Shown in pieces: positions 53,956-64,000 of a DNA stretch of 64,000 bases (positions within the stretch are counted from its first letter, which is position 1; each line of letters starts with the position of its first letter). The position numbers and the translations under genes are program-made. This stretch comes from Octopus sinensis (taxonomy: Eukaryota), in the NCBI RefSeq assembly GCF_006345805.1, contig NC_043015.1:2666001-2730000 (forward strand), read 5' to 3'. The notes under the pieces are model-generated. The model had not been told where the DNA came from and did not search any database. It saw only the letters and a program-made list of their open reading frames with translations.

Positions 53956-56900
53956 GAGGAAATTGACAATGCATTGTTTCATGCCATTAAAAACATGAAA
54001 TGCCTTATATTTCTATTCTTTTGCAGTGTCTTAACGGTGGAGAACAAATAGTTTTAGCTGGTTAATTCATAAAATAAGATGTACAGAATCAATTAATATT
54101 AGATTCTCTATTGCTTGATATTTTTTAAACTTAGGTACACCTACATATCTTGCAAAAGCTGAAATTAGAACTGTCTGATTTAATTCAACAATTTGCATGT
54201 CAAGGATATTAAGACGCTGTATTAAGTCCCCCGTTTTTAATCAATGTGAAGTGAATTTTGATCATTGATGTTACATTTTAACAACGATATTGAAGAATTA
54301 TTTTTTTAATAAGAGTGTCCCCGAAAATGATATTTATGGAAGTACTTTTTCTAACTGAGAATTAACTAGAGTATTTGAAAAAAAGCAATCCATAAAGAAT
54401 AATTGCTAGGGATATATCATATCTCAAACTATCTATTTTTTGAGAACACTATACCTGATGATTAAGCGTAAAACGTCAGCTGTTAATCGGTCATTATGCC
54501 CAGCGGGAATTATAGACGCAATATATTATAAACAACCGAGTAATTGATGCAAATTCCTAAAGTTGATCCTTAAAATGTTTTTTTTTTTTTTGGAGAACAT
54601 ATCACAACAATCTATCTAAGGCGAATATTAATTTTCAGTTTCACCGATTACCTAATTTTGCGTCGGAAGTGTTAAAATTACAAACTTTAACATTTGGAGG
54701 ACCTTAAAAGTATAACTTACTGACAACTATGTATAAGTTTAGCAAAAACATTACTGGTAATATCCCACACACATATATATGTATATTCACTTAATTTTAT
54801 TACTGTCAATCGGTCAGTCCAAAACCTTCTGAAATTATCTGCAAGAAACAACATGAGTTTTGAAAATAGCTAATAAAAAACGTTGTAGAAGAGAACATAA
54901 ACTAAAGTTTCTTAGTTATTTTATTGTTTCAGTTACCTATAACTGAGACAGTTGTGCTCTCAACTACCCAATAAATATAGATTCAATGTTCAACCAACAA
55001 CTTACTTTGGCTCGCGTTACAACTGGCTACAGAAATTGTTCACCTTCTCACACTTCACTGACTCAAATCAACACACTTTCAAATACTTAGGAAAATATTC
55101 CTCATCAGATTACGCACGAATTCTTCTAATAAATTCTGTCCTTTCCTGTGATCAATGTCTTTGCACGAGTACTTTACATTGCAAACAGCTTGCAGATGTA
55201 TTATTTCTAGTGCTGGAAGGCATTTATTGGTGAACTCTTATTTGCATTCAGCATAACAGTATCCACTTTGTTTTCATTGACTGCACAAGTAATGCAGCCG
55301 TCCACATAATTTTAAATTGCTAACATGCACACAATTGTAAAGATTACCAATAAAGATACAGAAAAAAAAACGTAGCTAAATTATCTTATCCTTCAACAGA
55401 ATATTCATCGATGATATCCGTGTTAATTACATTTGGTGTTTTTCTCTGTCTGTCAGGATGAATGAGAAAATTCAATATTTGCTTAATTATATTACGTAAC
55501 AAATTAATATAATGATTTCGTTTCTGTCGTACAGGTGACACCTGGGGCATTTCGCTGAAGGCTATGTGAAATGGAACCATTTATTTCTTAATGATATTCA
55601 TCAATTCTATGCTCTTGAACGGTATTGGTGACAGAATTGGAAGTAGGGTTGTGAATTAACAACTTCTCTTAGGTAGAATCCGGACGGATAGTTGAAGCTA
55701 TCCTTACACATTGCAGTCTTTAATTCTCTATACATAGAATCTGTGACTAATAACAGCCTTTAGTATTTCTCAATGAAGAGAAAATTACCGTTTTCAGTGA
55801 CACATTTGTCTAGAAGTATTATATACCGTTTACATATTTCCGTTCTGTAATGATCTCAAAAGAAACCCAAATATGGAGATAGAAAATAGGGCTCCAATTT
55901 GAATGGAATTCATATTGGAAAGATGTTATGCAATGAATCACCCAACACGTTGAGTTAAAGGTGTCGCTTTTAATAACAAAATTAAATAACGTTGGAAAAT
56001 AGCTGTTACCAATTATCGGAACACTCATTATCAGCTAGATGAGCGTTTCATAATCACAATTATCATAATCATCACGTGTAGCATCGGCATCAAATAGGGC
56101 TTCATAATATTCAATGTCATATTCAATTTTCTGTTTAACTTTGTATTCAAGAATGCAAAAGTTCTCTTTCTTAGATTATTCCTGCATTGTAAGTGTGTAA
56201 AACTAGATCTCGTCCACTGCTTTGTTATCATTTCTCATTATATTATGAATGTTTGAGATGGAAAATTTAAACCATAATGCAGGGAAAGCAGGGCTTACGA
56301 ATTATAGCATTCATTATTCACTGATTTTGTCAAATCACGTTCTTTGTATAGAATTACATAAAACAGGAAAACGTTGCTTGATCTGGGTAAGAGAGGAGTC
56401 AAACAATTGTCAAACTATTCTACCGAGTTGCCTCCTTTAACGTAATTCTGTGATATATAACTACATGTGTTACAAACAAATTATGTTTAAAATCATTAGT
56501 GACATCGCGGAAGTGAAGTTATAATCATCAATACAAATAACTATTTCAAATTTAATTTTGTTCTATTTCTACAAATAATGATATATCTGCCATAAACGAA
56601 GATTATTAGAAATACAAAAAAAAGCAAGGTCAAGTTATTGCTATCGATTGTAACAGCTATAGAATTAATTCCTACCGTATAAATGTTTGACACTTCGAAA
56701 TTCTTTCCCGAAGTCTTTGAATGGAAGCCATATATAATGTGTGCATTTATATGTATGTGTTTGAGATGTTTATGCATTGTTGCGCATTCGTCTGCACTAC
56801 AATAGCATTTGTGTCAAATTTCGAGCATTCTATACCAATGAAAATTCTAAAGAATATCTATGTAGAGAGTAACGTACTTACATAATCAAAGATGCGCTAT

Positions 56901-57458
56901 TGAATCCAGAGTGAAATATATACGATGGACAAGGAATGAGTAACTGCAAGCAGGTAAAATAACTTGCTATCTTTGGGGGTTAACCATGACAAACTGAAAC
57001 AGCTGTTTAGTAGTTATGGATGTAGACTACCAGTATATTAAAGGGCGATAAGCACACCGGATTAAATATGGATGATAGAATGTCCAAAATACAATGTGAC
57101 ACCGCAACGTGATACAAGCTCATATCAGTGACGAAAGAAATCAAATTAATTACAAACACAAATACATTAATACCATACATACTAAAGAACAGTTAGGTCA
57201 CACACATAAATTACGATATAACACTAGCAAAGCCACTAAGATCATACGGTTAGAAATGTATAATAGAAAAAGCAGGACATTTGCCTTCTGCCTTCTTATA
57301 ATTTTGTAGAAAATATCAACACTTTATTCCGAGATCGATATCATCGAGTGTTAAAGATTATACTTGATTCATAGGTGTCTCTGGATTTCTATTCTGTGAG
57401 ATGTGTAGCTAAAGAAGGATGAGAAGAATAACTGTAAAAAATGGAAAGTTAAGGGAAA

Positions 57459-57500
<42 letters not shown>

Positions 57501-57533
57501 AATTGCTGCTGCTGCTGCTACTACTACTACTAT

Positions 57534-57566
<33 letters not shown>

Positions 57567-57642
57567 TGCTACTCATCATGACCTAAAGTGATTAACAAAT
57601 TCTGATTCATGGCAATACAGTTTGAATATATATTTTAGGGTG

Positions 57643-57963
57643 AAAGCGCGTGGCATAGTGGTTAGGGGTATTCGGCTCCTGATCGTAAGGTCGTGAGTTC
57701 AATTCCCGGCGGCGCGTTCTGCCTTGAGCAAGACATTTTATTTCACGTTGCTCCAGTCCACTCCGCTGGCAAAAATAAGTAGTACCTGTATTTCAAAGGG
57801 TCAGACTTGTCACACTCTGTGTCATGCTGAATCTCCCCGAGAACAACGTCAATGTTACACTAGTTTGTGGAGTGCTCAGCGACTTGCACGCTAATTTCAC
57901 GAGCAAGTTCTTCCGTTCATCGTATCAGCTGGGACCCTCGTCGTCGCAACCGACGGAGTGCTC
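57643..57963 (+). mobile_element. tRNA-derived SINE, family B
   Basis: A box tggcatagtggtta, B box gagttcaattcc, and ccttgagcaagaca core. Confidence 0.85.
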
Positions 57964-60694
57964 CTTTATATATTTTAGGAATGGGAAACAAATACATTAC
58001 TATGAAATGCAACATCCATGCTTATCAATGCACGAAAATCACTATATAGGAATTAAAATATAATTGAGAAAAGCCAGTTAACTAAAATATGAATATTCAA
58101 AGAGGTTCTCATTTTCTAATCTCTGTGCCTTTTAAGTATTGCTGATTTTACTGTATTGAAAGAAATTTATGTAAGATGTGCGCGGCCCCTAGCTTTGCTA
58201 TTGCTATTTTTCTGTGTGTTATATATATAGTGAAGTCCTGAGGCTCTGGTTATGTATTTGTTTGTATGATATTTAACTATCCGTAAAACTTTTATTATTA
58301 TAGGGATCAATTCGGTCAAAATCTCCTACATCATCTGCAATTCTATATCTTTTCATTTCTAGATAATATTGTGTATTTTTATACTTAGATTGTAGTCTTT
58401 AGGCACAAAGTTAACGTTTCTCTGATACTTTCGCCTTAATGGTCTTTGACAACATTATCTGACCTATTTGCCTTGATATCCTTGTTTATTTTGGCATATT
58501 CCAGTGTAGCGATGCTTTCTCATTTCATGAAAACTCCTCCCATATAGCTTTAGCTATTATTTTCGCTACAACGCATAAAAAGATCATTTCATATGAGATA
58601 ACCTCGCTGTTATTTACGTGTATTGTGTTAAATACTTCAAATTCACTATGTGGATTGGGTGACAGTTAGCGTTGGTGTTAAGAAGCATCTTCCTTAAACA
58701 AAAAGAAAATAACATGATAGCGTGTACATTAATGGTCAAAATCATGACGACAGCAGAATATACACTGGAATGAGGGAAATAATAGCACTGAATAATCAGT
58801 GAATAATGGCGATTCATATTCACTCAGTTTACAGATAAGTAGCTTGACTACCATCTGTTGCCGTAACACAACTGAAGTCAATTATGATGAGGACAAAATG
58901 AACAATGAAACCACATCATCGCCAATAACAACAACCACAACAACAACAAGAAGAGCAATCTCTCAAACATAACCACAGTAGTTAAGACAACTATAATAAA
59001 TTGTAGTAGATATAGCTGCAGTAGAATCCATGACGGCAGTATAATTCGCAATAGCAGCAATGTCTGCAATATCCAGTAGAGTAGGAACAAACGTAATACC
59101 AAAAACGTTGATGGATAAGATAGGTGAACCGATGAACAACAACAACAATAACAACAACGACAACAACAGTGAAAGGAATAAAATAATGATCCCAAGAAAA
59201 TCCCCACTGTCTGCTGTACGGTTTTTTTCTTTCATGCGCAATACTACTACACAAATGCTTGCCGTAGATGGTTGCAGAATAGGCCAACAAGATAAATGTC
59301 ATTCAATAAATATCAAGTGCAGAAACGAAGTATTGGCTACTTAATGATTATGATAAAAAGAATGTAATAAGAAGACAAGAAAAACAGAGATATTAAGAAT
59401 GAGACAGAAAGAGAGAAGGGGAGAGAGAGAGAAGAGAGAGACATAAAGAGGGAGAGATAGAAAAAGAGAGAGAGACAGACAGACAGACAGAAAGGAAGTA
59501 TTTATATCATATTAACATTCGGTTAGTGAAAACCCACTCAGTAACTAGTTCCGTACACTGTGACACATGGTTGAGTAAATTTCCATTACTGCCAACGCCA
59601 TACCTAGGATAAATAAGAAATAGTTTGCACCTATTACTGAGATGTAAATGCATAGCGGGTGACTTGTTCTGAGATCGTGTGCTGGAACGAAATCAATTGC
59701 AGCGTGGAAGGTATTTATAAGCCATTTAAGAAACACACAAAACCGTTAGATTCACTTCAAAATTTAAATCTAATTTGTCAAAATATTTTCGTCGCTTTGA
59801 AACCGCGACCTGTTCACTGACAAAACATGCTGCAAAATGCACCTAACATTACAATAAATCAGTATAGCTGTAGATGACTTCCGATCCGCTCGTGATGCAA
59901 TTAATCAGCCAACAACTATATCCAGTAAATCCTAAATTTGATAATATTACGTACATTTTCCTTCGTGGCAGGTCGTTAAGATTTAGTACAAAAGACAAGT
60001 AAATTAAACGTATACATGTCCACGTATGTGTGAGACAATGATACCACCTGTACGTCGCAGCTATACCGTGAAAAAGTATAAGATAAATTTTATTTATACA
60101 AATCCCAAACACCAATACTAATATTATAACAATTATGTACTATGGCGTGCAATGATATACGCTAAAAAATATTGAGAAACGTAGATGCGTGTATTATAGA
60201 CGTGAAATTAATTCCTAGAAAATATATTAAATCTAAGGAGGAGCATTCAAGAAAATATACTCAATGCGGGAACGTATTTTCTCATGTATTTGTGGGTCCA
60301 TAGCCAAACGGTGTTCCGTGATGTAGGTATTGTGTTATAAATAGCAGCTAAATTCTTGTACTCCATATTACCGTAGAATGAAAAGAAATATTGTAAAATA
60401 TTATATAAAGAAGTGAGTAAGGGACACCAAATTTCTTTAGGCACAAGCATTTGAAATTGGAAAGAGAAACAGATTCCCCTAGAACACTGAATATATATAA
60501 ACGTTTTGAATTGCAGAGAACTAAAGAATTAGAGGCAGAACAAAAGAGAAACACATGGTTTGGGGAAAACGTTAATTCCAATACAATGAGACTAAGTAGA
60601 GCAACAGTTTGTGGAAGGAATAATAGTGATTGAAAAGTATAGTAGGTGCTACGAATATATTTGAATGCAAAAAGAGAGCGTTGTGTGCACATAC

Positions 60695-60754
60695 CTCAAG
60701 CAATCCAAATAACCTTGCCACGAAGCCAACAATGTGAAATAGCGACGTTATTTT
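60695..60754 (-). CDS. candidate internal exon (60 nt, phase 0 to 0)
   Basis: Acceptor gttccctcgttgcag and donor GAG|GTATGT; only open frame KITSLFHIVGFVARLFGLLE. Confidence 0.33.
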
Positions 60755-61084
60755 CTGCAACGAGGGAACATAATCTCTGAAACGCTAAAAGTTTTAATTC
60801 CCAAATTCAAAAACATGGTGGTTATCATCCCTAAACTTAACTGATGAGATTTTTCTCCCATTTTCCATTATAGATCGCCTTAAGTACAGCATTGATGTAA
60901 AGATAAAAATGAGGCAATTTGCAAAATTTTATAGGACCGAGATTTCTTCAACTATCACGAAAATGGATTAATACAGGTGTTTAAAAGAAAGGAAATCGAC
61001 GGTAATTTCCGCTGCTGTTCAAGCTGAGAAAATGATTACATTGCGTGTACTTCGGTAGGATACGCACACAGAAGAATATCTTAC

Positions 61085-61243
61085 GGTAGGGTGGGTTTGA
61101 GGTAAATTGAAAGTCACAGCGTGTGCCCTATTAGATTTCGTTCCGATACATTTCTCCAAAAAGACAATCCTTTGCAAAATTGCTCGCGCTTTACACTCGG
61201 TTTTTGTGGTTTCCGGTCTTTCGGGTATGAATGCAGAAATAAG
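61085..61243 (-). CDS. candidate internal exon (159 nt, phase 0 to 0)
   Basis: Weak acceptor ttctgttag and donor CC|GTAAGA; open frame LISAFIPERPETTKTECKARAILQRIVFLEKC...; phase-compatible with 60695-60754. Confidence 0.2.
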
Positions 61244-61559
61244 CTAACAGAATTTATCCTCTATCTCACATTCCGTTTACAAAAGATATTTCATGCGCGT
61301 AATAATTTACCAAGATCAGTGGTTGATGCAGTGGAAGTCGTGTTCTGCCAGGTATTTAAAATATTGAGGACAGGAATATTTTAGTCTGGGAATTTATGAA
61401 AAAAACATGATGCAGAATAGAATTTGAAAGAAAGAAGAAAATACAGGAAAAGAACTATTAAGACTATTAAGACTATAAAGATTATTATTTTTTTAAATAA
61501 GCATTACCTGGAGACGCACGATAAATTTTATGTCTTAACTATAACAGAAGACATTATTG

Positions 61560-61808
61560 GTGGTGCTGTTTGTGTTGATGATAATGATAACGATGCTGGT
61601 GATGATGATGATGATGATGACGGCGGTGATGATGATGATGGTGGCGATAGGAAGTGGATTATATCTATGATTGAGATAAGCTTCATGATGATCATCATCT
61701 TGTTCCAGCTTATGAAAATAACGATGCTAACACAGAAACATCACAGCAGCATCGGTGATGACAAAATTGATGACTGAAAGAAAACAATGTCATGTGAGTT
61801 AAAGGAAA

Positions 61809-61892
<84 letters not shown>

Positions 61893-61941
61893 TACTACTA
61901 CTACTACTACTACTACTACAGCTACTACTACCACCACCACA

Positions 61942-61992
<51 letters not shown>

Positions 61993-62310
61993 GCTACTAC
62001 TACTACTACTACTGCCACTACTTCCACTAGTGCTGCTGAGGATGAAGATAATGATGATGCTACTAATACTACAACTACTATTATTAGTATTATTAATATT
62101 TCTTCTTATTAATTATTATTATTATCATCATTATTATAATTATTATTATTATTATGATTATTATTATTATCATCATCATCATCGTCATCATTATTATTAT
62201 TATTGATATTATCGTTATTAATGTTCTCATTATTATTCATTGCTAATATTTTTTTTGCACGTTCATTATTTGAGCACACCTAGTATGTTGATGATGATGA
62301 TGATGTTTAC
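61560..62310. repeat. compound trinucleotide microsatellites (GAT)n/(ACT)n/(GCT)n/(ATT)n
   Basis: Read directly. Confidence 0.95.
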
Positions 62311-63059
62311 GACCACAATATTATTCTGGACGAATTTGAGAAGTGGGAAGGATGATCACAATGGCAGCACCGATCACGATATTGTCAGTGGAATGGCGTT
62401 AATAACCATGATCTAGAACTGCTTATTTCCGTGATAATTCACGCCTCAAATGCAGATGCTGAGCGGATATACACACGATGGACGCTTTACGCAGGTCATA
62501 CGATGTTAACGAAATTACATGAAGCCTATGTCTCAAAAACAGACGGAAATGTAATAGATCGTATCAAAGCACATTATAACTATAGAACTATATCCTGCTG
62601 TATATTGATATAAAAGAACAACAAAACCATCTGAAGATTTTTTTTTAGCGATGATCTGAAAGATACACAGCTACATTACAGACAACTCCATAACTTTTTA
62701 GGCATGCATATATATATGCACGTGTGAGCTTAGATATTCCTCTATATATATGTGTATAGGGATATGGATATATCTTTTTCTTTACTATTCTATGCTCTCA
62801 TTTTATAATATAAAGGCGAGTGCATAATACTTGAGAGAATAACATTGGACAGGTACATTAGGTATATTGTTAATAAATTTCTATAAAAGAATTGGAAACA
62901 GTGTCACCTCAAAGAGAAATATGGACACCGAACATGACGTGCATTCTATATATACGTAATATTAAGAAGTCGCTCTGCCCTAATTATTCTACGAAATAGT
63001 GGAAGATAGGAAAAAGAAACGTATTAGCGATTTCAAATGTTTTCATATTGCTCATCGTC

Positions 63060-63098
<39 letters not shown>

Positions 63099-63600
63099 GT
63101 ATATAAGCATATAATATGTACGACACTCTTCGTCCTTGGTATCGTAGTCTTCCGGATTACATATTTGTAAAATTAAAAAAACTAAAATGATGTTCTCTGG
63201 TTATATTTCATTCTGAACGAGATAAAGGAATGAGATGATGTCGGATAATGCAAATAGAAAGCATGGAAATAACTGTTGTGATTTTTGCGAATACTGGGAT
63301 GCCAAGCGGATAAGTCAGTCTTCTATATTTTCAGTGTAATTAATTGTAAGTGTTCATGAAGATTACGTCATTACGAAATTACAAGTGTAAGGAAAGAACT
63401 CATACGTGCTTATGCATACGATTTTTAGATTTCATCCTGCAGGAAAGATATTCCCTAAATTTCTGGTAAAATAACTAGTTTAAATAATGTTGCAAAATTA
63501 TTAAAGAATTAAGAAAAAGCATTTCAAATTATTCCCATGCATAGTTCCTGAGACGCCAGTGTTTCCCTCTGCGACTTTTCTCACACATTCTTTTACTCTG

Positions 63601-63717
63601 TATGCTTATGTGCGTATATACATACATATATTTATGTAAATACATTCACATACACACACATACAAACACACACAAACATACATATATGTGTGTGTGTGTC
63701 TGTGTGTGTGTATGTAT

Positions 63718-63794
<77 letters not shown>

Positions 63795-63830
63795 CATATA
63801 TTTACATGCATGTGAATATCTATGTATATA
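63601..63830. repeat. compound (CA)n/(TG)n/(TA)n microsatellite
   Basis: Read directly. Confidence 0.95.
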
Positions 63831-64000
63831 CATAGGGAGAATTCACGAAAAAAAACAAAATTCGTAGGCAGGTGCTGTAGAAAACAAACATATATATTAC
63901 ATTTATTCATTTTTGTGCAACTAAGGAATACTTTATTCCTTGGCGATGAGACCTACTTTGTATACGTTTAACACTGTTTTAGGTGTATCATTATTTTCTG

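Overview
AT-rich, microsatellite-dense eukaryotic DNA, most likely an octopod cephalopod such as Octopus (inferred from the repeat landscape, not proven). It is intergenic or intronic. No host protein-coding gene can be identified with confidence; there are only a few splice-bounded candidate exons on the minus strand. The largest feature is a 5'-truncated but otherwise nearly intact CR1/L2-group LINE (about 22329-25924, +). It has a CCCH zinc-finger ORF1, an APE+RT ORF2 broken by a single extra base just before YADD, and an (AATC)n tail. Its 3' end is shared with a tRNA-SINE family present in the window as an inverted pair, including a covarying hairpin. Other mobile DNA includes three R4/Dong-like REL-LINE remnants (two in (AAT)n arrays), two mariner remnants (N-terminal and D,D34D C-terminal), a DD37D maT remnant, a possible non-autonomous Helitron, several SINE families and three fold-back inverted repeats. 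The most striking signal is a set of hammerhead-ribozyme motifs. The best is a nearly complete type I hammerhead inside a terminally redundant 352-bp unit (10581-10964) that looks like a retrozyme (non-autonomous, Penelope-mobilised element). Minimal or degenerate hammerhead cores also sit in the fold-back elements.
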